A stretch of DNA of 64,000 bases from Balamuthia mandrillaris. Taxonomy: Eukaryota. The notes beneath the pieces were generated by a model. That model worked only from the letters and a program-made list of their open reading frames with translations, was not told where the DNA came from and did no database searches. Below, in pieces: positions 1-13,767 of this stretch (within the stretch, counting starts at the first letter, position 1; every line of letters starts with the position of its first letter). The stretch lies in contig JAVKOQ020000078.1 in the NCBI GenBank assembly GCA_031835245.2, forward strand, positions 1 through 64,000, in the 5' to 3' direction. The position numbers and the translations under genes are program-made.

Positions 1-222
1 CGCAGCGCTATTTGTTGTAAGTTTAAAGTAAAAACATGAACGTTCATTCAGCAGAAGAACGTGTATGTAGTTTTTTTTTAATGTTTTTGAAAGTATATAG
101 TGCACGGAAGCGCTCTCTCCGCTCTGCTCAACGGGCGTAGCAGAGACCAGATGAATAAAGGTTGCACTTTATGGCTCCTCCATCTCCTGCGAAGCCTTAG
201 TTGTAGTGTTTTCTGGTGATTC

Positions 223-1613
223 TTAAAAAGCAGACGTTTCCTTTTCGTTGTTGCGAGCAAAAGAAAGCGAAGATGAGGAAGCTGAAAAGTCGTCAGACGG
301 TTTGTTGTTGGTTTGGCCTAGTAATGCCCGCCATTGAGATAACCTGGCCTTTGTTCTTTCCTGCTGCCGCAGCTCGTGCAGCTCTTGCTTTAGGCCCACC
401 ATCGCACTGTGCACTCGTTTGCATATCTTGCTGAATAACTCCAGTCTTGTGGTTGTTTTGCAACGAAACCACCAAATGTGAGGAAATAATGGAGAGGATT
501 TCCAGAGAACATGGAAAGGAGGAAATACCGCTGTTGTCGCTCTTCTTCAGTGGTTGGTTGCTCGTTGGTGTGAATGTTCTTATATTTGGTTTCTTGCAGC
601 AAGTCGCTTATGTCAACTGGTTTGCCCACTATAATGTGCATCTTTTTGTTTATCATTCATTTTTGTCCTTCACCAGATGATGAAGAAAGAATAATGCAGA
701 ACAACAGAAGAGAAGGGGGAAAACAAACTAACCTCTTTAAAGAAACGAGGAACAAGTTGTTCTGGAGTCTTCACCTCTCTCAAACCTTCATGATAGATGG
801 GTACAATAAGTGGAGTGAGCAGCGGAGACGAAGCCAGACGTGCCAGTCCCAACCTAAATGGCAGTGGACAGGTCTCATGGGGCAAACAAAGCCTCCCCTC
901 CGGGAAGAGGGACACCCATTGGCCTTTGTTCAGCTTATCCACTCCTTCTTGTAAATACTATCGTTGTTAAAGAAAAATGAAGAAAAAATCAGAGAAGAGA
1001 AGAGAAGACAAAATGCTAGGAGCAAAGAAGAAAGCAAGAACAGAAAGAATAGAGAGAAACGAACGTGCTGATCAACGCTGCCACCTCGTTCAACAGGCAG
1101 GGCCTTCAGCCCAGTGAACAAGGTGGCCCACAACTTGCTCTCAAAAAGTATATCCTTGGCCACAAAGGTCCACCGGATCGAGTCGTACTCCCACAGCGAC
1201 TTCCAACTGACCAAAGGGGCAAGTGCTCCCGGATCGTCCACCTCGCTGATGTGGTTGAAGACGGTGATCAAGCCCTGCCCTGCTGGTCTTTTGTACATAT
1301 ATTCTTCCATTCGTTCTCCATGATAAATCTATTATTTTTTTGAAATTTTTAAGAACAAGGCAAAAGACGAAGACGAAGACGAAGACGAAGAACAAGAAAG
1401 GAGAAAAAAACAAACAGTGATGTACTCCAGGTTGGTGATGGCTTTGCTAAGAGAGGCGCATACGCTGACGACGGTGGCGTTGAAAGCGCGTCGCCAGAGG
1501 TCGGCGCGGTCCTCTCCCACCCCTGAACCTAACCACGTCCTGTCCCTACCGAGCTGCAACCCGTCCACCGCCAAAGGGCTCTGCTTCTGCGCCTTGCCTT
1601 TGCTGTCTTCCAT
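223..1613 (-). CDS. TAZ: Tafazzin-like phospholipid acyltransferase (multi-exon)
   Basis: Exon ORFs carry ITVFNHISEVDDP (NHx4D motif), RWTFVA, PVERGGSVDQ, LFPEGR, FRLGLARL and PIYHEGL, the tafazzin PlsC-family motifs; GT-AG introns; ATG of MEDSKG at 1613. Confidence 0.85.
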
Positions 1614-1765
1614 ATCGCCTTCTTCTTTGCTTCTTGTTACTCGTGTCGACACAATACAAACCAACGAACCAATGAACATTCAAATGTTTGCTTACTTTCT
1701 TTTGGCCAATCAAAATAAAGATCGAGTTCACTATAGGAATTACTCTTAAAGGAATATAACGTTTG

Positions 1766-2464
1766 CTATTCGTCTTTTTTGTAGAGAGAGGTGATGGTGG
1801 ATTTGATGGACTCGACGGGGGTGCTGGCTGAACCGCCGGCGGAGGCGCCTTCCTCCTCGGCCGCCACAAAGGAGCGCGTCTTCCACGCCAGCGCCGACTC
1901 GGAGAGCTTTCGCTTCGCCGTTTTGTCCAACTGGATGTCCTCCTCCGCAATTATTCTTTGTCCCCACCATTCCATCCTTTTTGTTGTTAGCGTTGTGAGT
2001 AGTTTGTGCAAAAGGTTTTTTTAAAAAAAACGTACTTAGGACCATGTTCTTCAACAAGTTGACGGACTTGTTCCTGCAGTTTGTGGCGCTGCTCTTTGAG
2101 CTCCAACAAGCGGTCTGCGGAGTTCTTCACCTTCAATACGACCAACAGGGAGCTCCATGATAGCACTCCTTTTTGTGCTATTATTATGCTATCAAATAAA
2201 TAAAAGCGATCCGGAATGAAAGAGAGAGAAGTGTTTGTGAGTATTGATGCTTGTGCGAGAAAACAAGCAGAAAGAGAAGTCTAACTAGAAAGAAGGAATA
2301 GCATACGTGAAATAAGAAAAGAAGGGCAACAAGAAATAGAAGAGAGGTAGCAAGTAAATATTTCCAAAGTAAATTGCAGCGATCAACGAGTAAACCAGAT
2401 AGATGACCGGCACCAACGCCATGCTCGTCAACACCTTTTAAACAAATGGATTATGAGGGAGGGC

Positions 2465-2499
<35 letters not shown>

Positions 2500-3540
2500 G
2501 GTTGGCTCTCTCTCAAGAATATGAATTATGAGAGATAGTGAGAGAGAGCGAACCTTGTAACTAGCAACAACATCATAGCCTTTAACCTTAACCGAAGATG
2601 CTTTTAGTGCCTCATCTGCCTTCTTCTGCGCTATCCTCTTTACCACAATGCCAATGGGCAAGTTCAGTAGCATACCCGGCAGCGCCAACACGAACATGAC
2701 GAGCAACGTAGGCACCTTACGGCTCAACATGTGGAAAAAGGCGGTATCGCTAATAATCTTCTTGCGCATGTCGGGACCATCCTCTGCTTCCACGTTGGCA
2801 ATGTGGTAGTCCTTTAGGCCGCTCATCTTAAGCTCCTGGTGGTAGTTGATGATCTCATCGATTCCCTTGGCGACGCGCGGGTCGTCTCGGAACTTGATGT
2901 ACCCCTCTGCGAAGCGTCTGTTCAATTCCATATACTCTGTGGCTTGCAATCTACACCCATCAAAGCAAAGACACAAGACAGGTCAATAAAGACGTTTCTT
3001 TTCTTATACTTTTGCTTCCTCTTGCTCTTCTCCTTTCCTTCGATCGTACGTACTTTACATTTCTGGGTTGATAAAGTCTTCTGGCGTACAGAATTGCTTG
3101 AAGAGTTTTATAATCGGGAGCATTGATAGTTACCTATTGTGCCTTTAGGTAAGACGGCTTGCGGTATTAAAAAAAGGATGAAAGAGAATAAGAAAGAAAG
3201 CCTACGCTTCTAAGTCTTTGTGTGATTGTATCCAGCAACTTTCCACAGGCCTCTCGCTTGTTGGAACGATACAGGTCGAGCAGATCATCCGAGTCACGCT
3301 TCAACACGTAGGGCTTGCCAAACTGTACAACGACTGTGCTCCTGAACTTGTGGCCATGGAAGTAATTAAGGCCACAGGGCACAATGCTTATGGCTAGATC
3401 TGGGTTCTGGTCCAACGCACCCAGTGCCATTAGAGTGACACCAGCTTTGAGTGGCAGCAAGTCGGTACGATCATGAGAGCCTCCCTCTGGGAATATGCCA
3501 ATACTGAATCCGTGGTTGGTTGAGTTCTTGTTTAAGATTG

Positions 3541-3586
<46 letters not shown>

Positions 3587-4623
3587 GAGGAAGGAAATTG
3601 TATGAACCAGTGTCCTTCGGAGAGAGCTTCCCAAACAGTATGATAAACGGTGGATTGGTCTTGCTTTGGATGAATCTGTTTAAACAGAGGTTAGGAATGA
3701 ATGGAAGTTCACTCCTTTCATGAGAGTCGAGAGCAAGAACGAGAGACAGAGACAGAGACAGAGACAGAGACAGAGACAGAGACAGAGACAGAGACAGAGA
3801 CAGAGACAGAGACAGAGACAGAGACAGAGACAGAGACAGAGACAGAGACAGAGACAGAGACAGAGACAGAGACAGAGAAGCAAACGAAGAAAGGAAATAA
3901 AGAAAATAAACACACCTTAAACGCAGTAGGTGTGGTCACATCCTCATCAGAGAAAGCAGAGCCAATGGTAAGATTGGAATCGTCGTCAATGGAAACAACG
4001 CGTCTAACCTCCTCGCCCAATGCAATGGAGTCTCCCACCTGTACCTCTTTCTTAAAAGCGGTGCCATTGTGGCCTTTGACCTTGGTCCCTCCTTCTGTGG
4101 TGATAAGGCCTCTGCCTTTCTTGGCGATGTCCTGCGGCCGTTCAACTGGGATAGCTTCGGCTGCGCCAGCAAAGAACCCAACCACCTTTCTTCGCATGGA
4201 CTTGGCGGCGATGAGGAAACGGATACGCCGAGACTTACACGCAGAGATCAACAAGCAGCCATCCTTTGTTTTGTGAAAATTTTAGTTGTTGTGAGAATAG
4301 AAACGAAAAGTAGAAGTAGAAAGAGAAGAAGAGAGAAGAGAGAAACAGAGAATATGAGAGAGGACTTGCCATAAACTGGTTACGGTGGTTGCCTGTGCGC
4401 GTAGCGGCCACCAAAATAAAAGCAGCACCCATTCAGTAACCCGGTTGGTTTGTCAAAGGAGGGGAAGGTGAGCGAAAACCACCACAGAAGAAACAAACAA
4501 CGTACCCACAAAAATAACAGGACCGGTCTTGGGAATATTGGCCTTGCCCACCACCTGGACCTCGTTGAAGAATATCTTGAGGATGAGGGCGAAGAACCAT
4601 CTTATGTACTTGTACATGCCCAT
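1766..4623 (-). CDS. Glycerol-3-phosphate/DHAP O-acyltransferase, fungal SCT1/GPT2 type (multi-exon)
   Basis: PVIFVG|NHRNQF, RFLIAAKSM, IPVERPQD, IFPEGGSHDRTDLLPLKAG, IVPCGLNYFHGHKFRS and SSVKVKGYDVVASYK; C-terminal hydrophobic segments. Confidence 0.88.
3743..3877. repeat. (GAGACA)n hexanucleotide microsatellite in a GPAT intron
   Basis: About 22 perfect copies, directly visible. Confidence 0.97.
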
Positions 4624-4943
4624 CTTGCTGTCTTTTTTTCTTCGTTCGCAATAGGTCTACCGCTAGCACTGCCTCCACGTACAACAGCGGCAGCGAACAG
4701 TGCACTCCCCCCTTTTCGTGGCGGTGCGTCGTCTGCTACGTACAAAAACGTTTTTGCGGCTACTCTTCTCCTCTGCGGTGGTAGGGTTGGTACGCTCTTT
4801 TCTTCTTGTTTCTCTTTGTTAATGGTCGCCTTACTATCCTGCGGAGGTGCAGAAGGGCTGCAGAAAGGCTGCAGGTAAAAAAATTACCCCCCAATTCGAC
4901 TCCAGCAAGCAACAGTGTTTTTTTATTGCATATTTTTGGCGCG

Positions 4944-5485
4944 TTAGAAGGCGGACTTGTAACGCACAACGACGGTCTTGCTGATGGTCCACTCGTCGAA
5001 AGGGCAGCCTCCCTCTCTTCCGAAACCAGATTGTTTGTAGCCACCAAACTTTGTCCCAAAACAAACACACCTCGTCAACTTTAGAAACTAAAGATTTTGA
5101 AAAAAAAACGGCAAAAACAAACCTCAGCAGCGGTGGCGATTTCGTGGTAGGTGTTGACCCACACGGTGCCGGCAGCGAGGTGGTTGGCCAGCTCAAAGAC
5201 CTTGGAAATATCATTGGTGACGACACCAGCCGCCAGACCGTACTCCGTGGCATTGCATCGCTTCACCAGGTCCTTCATCTCCGAGAACTTAATGATGCTG
5301 AAAACGGAATAAAGCACCGCGGTTAATAGAGAGTTGAGGAAAGAGAGGGAGAAGGCAAACCTCTGCACTGGACCAAAGATTTCGTCGCGAGCAATCTCCA
5401 TATCGTCTACAAAAATGATATATAAAGAGTATACGTGAGAGAAGAGATGGAAGAAAGATAGAAGAGAAAGAGAGAGAGGAGAGAG

Positions 5486-5527
<42 letters not shown>

Positions 5528-7169
5528 AGAAGCTAGGTCATACCCGTAACATCAGCAAACACGGTGGGTTGAATGAAATAGCCCTTCTTGTCTGGGAAAG
5601 CCTTACCACCACCAGTCTTAAGGACGGCTCCTTCCTTCTTGCCAGACTCAAGATAGTGCAACACCTTCTCGAATTGGGGCTTGTCCACTACGGGGCCTAC
5701 TTCCACAGCCTCTGCGGAAGGATCTCCAACCTGTAATTTTAATGAGTTTGTGCTGTTGTTATTGTTTTGTTGGTTGGGTGACGTACGCGAATGCTTTGGG
5801 CAGCAGCGGTGGCCTTTTCCACGAATTGGTCGTAGATGCTCTCGTGAACGAATGTGCGAGAACCAGCTGTGCACAACTGTCCGTTGTTCCTATTATTGTA
5901 AAAAGAGAAATAAATATGAGAAGAGAAAACAATAAGCAGATTTTGAAGGTACAAAAAGAATAGCAATCTGACGCGAAAAAAGTTTAAAAAACATGAGACA
6001 ACCAACCAGAAGATAGCTCTCTGTGCGAGTTGAACAGCTTTATCGAGGTCGGCATCCTCAAAGATGACCATGGGGGACTTTCCACCAAGCTCAAGCTGCA
6101 CTCTCTTCAGATTGCTGTCAGCGGCAGCCTTGAGGATGAGGCGTCCCACTTCGGTAGAACCGGTGAAGGCCAGTTTCCTGACTTTCATGTGGGAAGCCAA
6201 GGCAGCGCCCGCTCCTGAGGGACCACCACCGAAACCAGGCACCACGTTGACGACGCCAGGAGGGAAGCCAGCTTCCTTGAACAAAGAGGCAATGCGCAGA
6301 GCGGTCAATGGGGTCTGCTCTGCAGGTTTAATGACTATATAATGGTTTGTACAGTTTGTGAGCAGAGAACGAATAGGAAAATACAAACACAAGCAGAAGA
6401 GAAAAGGAGGAAACACAGTACCAACGGTGTTACCCATGGCGAGGCAAGGAGCCAGTTTCACCACAAGTGTCCACAAAGGCACGTTCCACGGCAAGATCAA
6501 GCCACAAACACCAATAGGTTCCCTGTTGGATATGTGTGCAGAGCTCAGAAGGAGGCAGAGGAGAAAGGACAACAATAAAAGGTTTTGTTGTTGTACCTTC
6601 GAACATAGGTGTGAGTGCCAGGACTAGCCTCCACCACACGTCCATCGATCTTATCGGCCCAACCAGCGTTGAACCGCCAGTCGTTGGCAAGAGCGCCAAT
6701 GACAGCCCCCTGAAAGGCGGGCAGGGTGCCGTTGTTGAGGGCCTCCAGCTTGCCGAGGGCAGGGGCCTCTCTCTCCCAGAGGGTGGCCAGCTTGAGCAAG
6801 AGGTCACGGCGCTTGCTGCCGCTCATCGTCTTCCATTCACCCTCGAGGGCTTGCTCGGCGGCCTCCACGGCGCGGTCTATGTCGTCCTTCTCGCCGAGAG
6901 CAACTGTGGCAAGCACCTCCTCTGTGGCAGGAGCGATAACCTACAGTTTTTTTGTTATTTAAAAAAAGCAAAGATGAGAAAGATGCAAAACAAGCGAATG
7001 GAAGAATAAGACAACAAAAGGTTGCGATTTTTTTTTTTTTTACCTCCAAAGTCTTGCCAGAAAGAGAAGGAACATGCTCGTTGTTGATGAAGAGCTGAAG
7101 CTGGGCGGCGTCATCCAACAGCCCGCTCAGCTTCTCAGAAACAATCTTGGGCGCGCCGCTGCCTTCCAT
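4944..7169 (-). CDS. NAD(P)+-dependent aldehyde dehydrogenase, ALDH1/2 family (multi-exon)
   Basis: [47 protein letters not shown] (catalytic Cys), EIFGPV; last exon [13 protein letters not shown]...SAF*. Confidence 0.95.
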
Positions 7170-7551
7170 CCTTTGTTGTTGTTGTGGTTGTGGATAAGTA
7201 TACTAGGTGCCCCTCTCAGTTGGCTACTTTTTATGTAGTGAGCGCCACCACCAAGCAGGGGGCGAAACACGGAGAATAAAAAAATACCGGCCGACGGGAG
7301 CTTGGGTGCAACGGAGGGGACAGGCGGAGAGGAAGGGAATGTCCAGACCATGAAGCTTGTCTTTCCAGAGCAAAATACTGCCATAGTATCGCAATAGGGT
7401 GCTCCCACAAAAAAAAAATAAGAAAAGGAAGAAGAAAACAACTAGAGCCATGCGGAATGAATGAAACTGCATTTTCTGACCTGAACAAGAAATGAAATGA
7501 AAACGAAAAGGGGTATGTATTTACAACTAGAAAAGCAAGACAAATGGCCCA

Positions 7552-10500
7552 TCACTTGGAGCGAACAGTGCGTTTGGCTTTGCGAACTGCAACTCGCCGG
7601 GCTGGTGTCTTGCCTTTCGTGGCCGATGTTGTCTCGGGTTTGCTTTCCTCGGTGGCGGTAGAAGATGAAGCAGCAGGAGTGGTCCGCTTTGCCCGCCGAA
7701 CAGCAGTCCTTCGTACTGCCACCCGTTTGACCTTCTTTGGCTTTTCCTCCTCCTGCTCTTCTTCTTCTTCCTGTGCCTGCTGTTCTTGCTCTTCTGTTTG
7801 TTGAGGTTGCTGCTCTTCCCCCTCCTTTTCTTGGGCATTGCCCTCTGGCTGCTCCTCCTCTTGCCCCTGCTCCTCTTTTTCTTCCTCCTGCTCCTTAGGG
7901 ACCGTTTGGGTCTTGCGTTTCTTCTTGAGGACCTGTGTCTTCCTTCTGGCCACTCGCTTCCTCGTAGTAGCTTTGCGCTCCGGTTGCTCTTGTTCTTGTT
8001 CCTCTTCCTTCATTTGTTCTTGTTCCTGTTCAGGTTCGGCTTCACCTGTCTCCTGTACAGCTTCAGCTTCAGCTTCTTCTTCCTCCTCCTCACCAGCAGC
8101 GGTGGAGGCAGTGTTGCTCTCATTTTGTAGGTCGGCAAGCATGGCTTCCCTAAGCCTTTCCATGAGGGCGGGCTTCTTACCAGAGGCCGTTATGCCTCGT
8201 TTCTTCAGTTCCGTTCGTAGCTCCGCGTACTTCATGGCTTCGATTTGCTCCGCAATGGCCGCCACTGCCTCTTCTTCTGCTCCATCGGAAGTCTTTGTTT
8301 CCACTTCATCCTCTTCCTTCTCTTCTTCCTTTTCGGCTTCCTTCTCTTCTTCCTGATGCATCATCTCTTCCTCCTCTTCTGGCGAAGATGACAAAGCCAC
8401 TTCCAATTGTGCCTCTTGAACTGGTTCTTCTTCGGGCGTTATTTCCAGTCTCTCTTCTTGCTCCTCCGCCGACTCAGCAAGAGAAGAGGAAGCAACTGGG
8501 CCTTCTTCCAACCATGCCTCTTCCAAACGCTTGACTAAGTCGGCTTTCCGACCGGCGGTGGATAGTCCGCGTTGCTTAAGCTCCGCCTTAAGCTCTGTCA
8601 CTTTCATCTTCTGTGCATCTGGTCGATCCTGCACGATTGCATCGTCTACTGCTTCCTCCTCTTCTTGTTTCTCTGCACCCTTTTCTTCCTCTTTCACTTC
8701 TTCCTTCTCTTCCTCTGCTGGTTGCACGACTGGGATGTCCTCCTCAGGTTGCTGCTGCGTTTGCTCGGTTGCTGCGTTCTCCTCTTCCAAGTCTTGCAAC
8801 TCCACGACTACTGGAGCATTCTTTTCCTCTTCTGGTTTCTTGTTGATGGCTGCCTTGGCTCTGCGCACAGCGGTTCTTCTCTTGGCAACCTTCTTCCTGG
8901 TGGCAAGGCGAGTGGCTGTCCTCTTCGTTTTGGCAGCAGCTGTCTTCATAATGGTCACCTGCGCTACCTTCTCCTCTTCCTCACCTTGGGGTTGCTCTTG
9001 TTCGTCGTGTTGCAGTGGAGCAGCTTCCTCTTTACTTGCAACAGTTGCGCTGCTTGGAGATTCCTTTTCCTTCTTGTTGCCTTCCTCTGACTCTTCGAGA
9101 AGCGGGTCTTCCAGCTTAGTTGGTTGTTCTTCCACATTCATCTCTTCCTCCTCATGCTCTTCCTTCGCCTGCTTCTGCTCGACGCAAGGAGAGGTCTCCT
9201 CTGCTTCCTTATCTTGGCTCTCTTTGCCCAAGGAGAAGGAAATAGGCAGAGGATGGGTCCTACCAGCAACGCGAGCCTTGCCAGGAGTAGAAAACACGAA
9301 AGAGACTGAGTCCACGTCCGTCATCTCAAAGTGAGAGGGACCAGCAGCTACAGGAGAGGCTGGGAGCGAAGCGACGGGGGTCAACGGTTCAGGATTGACG
9401 CGAGTTCTCTTGGTTGGGCGTGCTCGGGTGGGTGTCGCTGGAACCGACGATGCCGAATCGGTTATTCTCTCATCACTTTCGGTCCTCAATACCATATCTT
9501 CTGCTCTTCGCTTATGTCCTTGTTGTTGGACAGAAGAGAGTGCAGTCTCAACGGCTGGAAGTCGCTCTGTATCAACGTCGGAGTCGAGGACATTGCTTGC
9601 ATTCGCTTGTTCCTCTTCTTCCTGTACTTGTTCCACTTGCTGTTCTTCTTGTTCTGGTTGCTTTTCCAGAGCAAGACTCTTCTTGGCAGAGCGCATGGGA
9701 GAAGTATAAGGAGAAGATGGGCCAGAAACGATTTCTTCCTCGAGTTCATGCTCCACAAAGGACGGAGTTGGAAGGTTGCTGCTTACAGTGGCGTTGAGAG
9801 AGGAAGGAAGAACAGAAGCTCGTCTTTTAGCAAAACGCCTACGGGGGCTGCTTTCTCCATTCCGTGCCTTCACCGGCGACGAGGCAGCGGATGAAGAGGA
9901 AGACGGCAAAGAAGACAATAAAGGTTGAGTGGGTGTGGCCATGGGCGTGGCTGGAGTCGGCTCCTTTCTGATGGGGCTAACAACCGCAGTCATCATATCG
10001 GTCACCACGACTGCAGCAGACAGTTGGGGCTCTGCGGCAGAAGAAGGCTCTGCAGGAGGCAATTTCAAAAGAGGATCCATCAATAGCGATACTCGCTTGC
10101 TGGTTTGCTTTTTGGGAGAGGCAGAAGCCAGAAGAGACGTGAAAGTCTTGCGAGCTGGCGATGGAGATGGCGAAGGTGCAGCAGAAATGATGGCCTCCTC
10201 GCCTCCCATACTCTGTTTGGCTTTGGGCTGCTCCGGTAGCGCAATCTGTTTTGAAGGGAAGGGTGCACGCAGGCGCTGACGAAGATCTTCCTCCTTCTCT
10301 TCCTTGCCAAGGATCTTCTTTACGGTCGGAGAAGCTACAGCTGAAGTCGAGGAAGAGGCTAATCCAGACGAAGGTGCAACCACTCGCGCTCGTTGCTTGG
10401 AATGAACAATAGGAGTGGCGGGTCTGTTGTGTGACTTCCCGGCAACAGGAGAAGCTACTGCTGGTTGTTGCGCCAACAGCTTGCTCACGTGGGAGGTATG

Positions 10501-13048
10501 ACTGACCTTATGATGAGGAGAGCGAGGCTGTTGTTGGGCCTTTGCAACAACCTTGTTGGGTTTAGCGACGGCTTTGGGGCTCGAAGGAACGGAGGTAATG
10601 GCAACCGCTGTCGAAGAGGAGGCAGAATTGTTGGCAGAAGACGATTCAGCAACTGAAGTAATGCTGGATACTTTGGCGGAAGCATCGGTAGGCCTTCGAG
10701 ACTTGGCTCTACGTCTCAACAAGGTGGAGGTGGTGGTCGATACTCTGCGTTGAGGACGGCTCGAAGACTCCTTCAAGCGTGCAACCTCCGCTGTGCGCTG
10801 TTCCTTTCTTTGTTGCAGCTGCTCCTCTTCCGCTTCCTTTACTATCTGTTCTGGTTGCTGTACGAAGGTGTTTTTCTGTGCGAAGTTCCGGACAGGGTTA
10901 CGGTTCCTTGTGGGAGTACCAAGATGGCTGTCCATCTCTTTCTCTTGGAGCTTCGCCATGCGCACAGCAGCAAAGCATTTCCTCAGAGGTGTCTGCGAGG
11001 CGGCAGATTGCTGCAGACGACGAAGAGAGCGAGGAGTGAGAGTGGTACGTCTTTCCTCGGATGAAGCGGAGTTCTCCTCTTCTTCCTCTTCCTCATCTTC
11101 TGCCATCATCGCGTCTTCCTTCTTTTCTTCCTCTTCTTCGAGGTCAAGTGGAGGTACAAAGTCCCTATCGTCTTCTTCCTCATCACCATCTTCGGCGGCT
11201 GGCTGCCCCTCCTCTTGTGGAGATTCTTCCTCTTCGTTCTCATAATTTGCCTCTTCGTTTTCTTCTTCCTCGTCACCATCGCCCTCATCTTCTTTCTCTT
11301 CAGGAACAAAGTCTTCATCGTCCTCTTCCTCTTCTTGCACTTCAGGATTCAACTCCCCTTGGTCTATAGGTTCCTTGGCAACAGCTAGGGTGTCGAGATC
11401 GTCTTGCAATTCTTGTTCCTCTTCGAGGTCGCAAGGAGGAACGTACTCATCATCTTCCTCTTCATCTGCAACAGCGCCCACATTCGCTCCTGACTCAGAG
11501 ATAGGGGGAATCTCTTCCTCTCCCTGCTCTTGTTCGACTTGGTTTGTTTCCCACTGCTCCATTTCTTGGTCCTCCTCTAATTCTGTTTTTTCCTCGAGGT
11601 CAGGAGGTGGTGCATACTCACCACCTTCCTCCTCATCTTCCTCCTCATCTTCATCAAGCACATCGCTCCGTCCCTCCGTCTCCGCATCTGCGTGGAGCAC
11701 ATCCGTGTCTTCACGGGGAGTTTGGAGCTCGTGGGCACTGGCCTGGTCTTCTTCCACTTGCTCATCTGCAGCTTGTTCCTCAACGACGTCCATCATTTCG
11801 TCCTCCATCATCGGCTCCTCCACATCCTCGCTCTTCTGCTCCGCAACAATTGGCTCTTGAGAGCAAGTACCAGCAGACTCCTCGAGCGCTACTGTCCTTT
11901 CTTGCTCCTTTTCTTCTTGCATAAGTAGCTTGAATTGGTTGGCGAGAGAAGTTCTGACGGCAGAGGAAACTCGTCGGCCGCGCAGCGGAGAAGAACGAGA
12001 TCCGGTCTTCGGAGAACCAGGCGGAGGGAGTACCATTGTCGGCTCCGGTTGTTGCTGTTCTTCCTCTTGTTCAGGGAGCTTCCACGTCACCACAGACAAC
12101 CTCTTCTTGCTTTTCATCCGACGCTCATCTTCTGGAGGCAGCGACACTGCCACTTCCTGATACTGTTGTGTTTCTGTGGTGGAATCAACTTGATGACCGG
12201 ATGATGACGAAGCAGAAGTGGGTTGTTTCGAAGAAACCCGCAAAGGACCAAACATGGACTTGCGTGCAGAGCAAATGAGGGTCTTGGATCCCTCTCTTCG
12301 GCTGACGCTGGACTTTATTGAGTTGTTGGAGGGTGTCATCAATGTCTTGCTCTCCGATTCCTCGCCATCAGTGGCATCGTCTTCCGACTCAGCAAAAACA
12401 TGCCTCCTCCTGGCCGACCCGGCCATGCTATGTCTTCGGCGTATCTTCTTGTCGGAAGTGGCGGGTACCTTCTTTGGGCCTGTTTTTTTTTAACCAGTCA
12501 ATCCTTAAGATGGACGAACACGTTCGAAAGGAGAAAAGACACGTACAGAGAGGATACTTGAAGATGAAGAGACGGTCTCCGATGACAATAGGGTCGTCGT
12601 CGTTCAGCAGAACGGGCTTGTCTCTGACACGTTCGTCTTGGACGACGGTAGGGTTGGTCTGGCTGAGGTTCTTCAGCCAGACCTTTCCTCTGAGGTCGAC
12701 CTTCAACTTGGCGTGCAGGTTGGAGATGGCAGGGTTGTTGATCCTAATGTCACACTCCGGATCTCTTCCGATCAGAATCTTCTCGTCCAAAATAGGGTAG
12801 TTCTTGCCGAGCGTACCCCTGCGGTTGACGAGGAGGATGATGCCGTAGCACGGCTGCAAGACCATTTGGTACATGACCGACTTGCGCCGCTGCTTGTTCG
12901 TGACGGAAGGCGTGACTGCAGAAGAAGCTAAAGAAGCCTTCTTTGCAGAGGAAGGTTGCTGTGGGTGTTTGTGCCGGGTGTTGCTGCGAGCACTGTCATT
13001 TTCTTTGGCCTTCAAGGCCGACCGTTTGGGCGTAGCAGTAGCTGACAT
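7552..13048 (-). CDS. ~1800-aa protein: N-terminal Ki-67-like FHA domain, long acidic/S-P-rich disordered region, two SAP domains and a basic tail
   Basis: FHA (~12550-12850) IGRDPECDIRINNPAISNLHAKL...SQTNPT...IGDRLF. A short intron (~12483-12546) joins it in frame to the 1624-aa ORF. SAP motifs MKVTELKAELKQRGLSTAGRKADLVKRL and MKYAELRTELKKRGITASGKKPALMERL. Confidence 0.85.
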
Positions 13049-13767
13049 TTGTTTGCTGACGAATGAAAACAACAAAAAAAAAATAGAGAGAATAATGCTA
13101 GACTATAAAACTACAAGAATAACAAAAAAAAAAAAGAACATGAATGATGAACACACGCCTTCAAAAAAAAAAATCAGAGTCTTCGTCTAATCTTTGTGAA
13201 GGGTTGGTGTGCTCTCTCGGTGCGCTACCCCTTGCAAGCTTTTTTTTTTTCGCGTTCGACTTGCTGAAATAATAAACAAATATTTGGGTGCAAAACTCTA
13301 AACGAAAAAAAAAAAAAGCAGGCAAAAACGGTCACCAACCAACAACAAAAAAAAAGGCGGGAAAACCATTTCATCCTTTTCTAGATCTACACACGTCATG
13401 AGCCACAGAAAAATGGCACCAAATGACGTCAGCCAATTGGGTATTCAATGACGACACGAGCCACTCCCCAGAGAGAAAACAGAAACATTCCAAGAAGAGG
13501 AGCAGGGGAAAGAAAACAAATTAAAAAAAAAATATCGTCAATTAGCTTTTTATACCTTTTTCCTTCTGAACTGAAACTACGAACGAAGGAGAAGTAGCCA
13601 TACAAACCGTTCGGGGCTCTTATCTCTTGCGCTTGCCGCCCGTTCTGTTGCCTTTGCTCCTCTCTTCAGAACTCCCCTCAGTTTCCGAATCCTTTTTTTT
13701 TTCCAATTTCTTTTATTTTTTTTTTTTTGTTTTGTGAAAACATCATCACCCGCGCACACAAATCATC

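Noticed and set aside
3680..3920. ORFs with poly-LC, ET, SV and RQ dipeptides
   Set aside because: Translations of the intronic (GAGACA)n microsatellite.
3950..4125. Beta-rich GPAT insert (GLITTEGGTKVKG..GTAF..GDSI) resembling phage tail-fibre repeats
   Set aside because: A comparable insertion is a normal feature of SCT1/GPT2-type GPATs.
7544..12493. Numerous Ser/Leu-rich plus-strand ORFs
   Set aside because: Antisense shadows of the Glu-rich FHA/SAP gene.
13424..13431. TGACGTCA CRE-like palindrome in a divergent intergenic region (also at 51848)
   Set aside because: An 8-bp motif is expected by chance at about this frequency; no supporting evidence.
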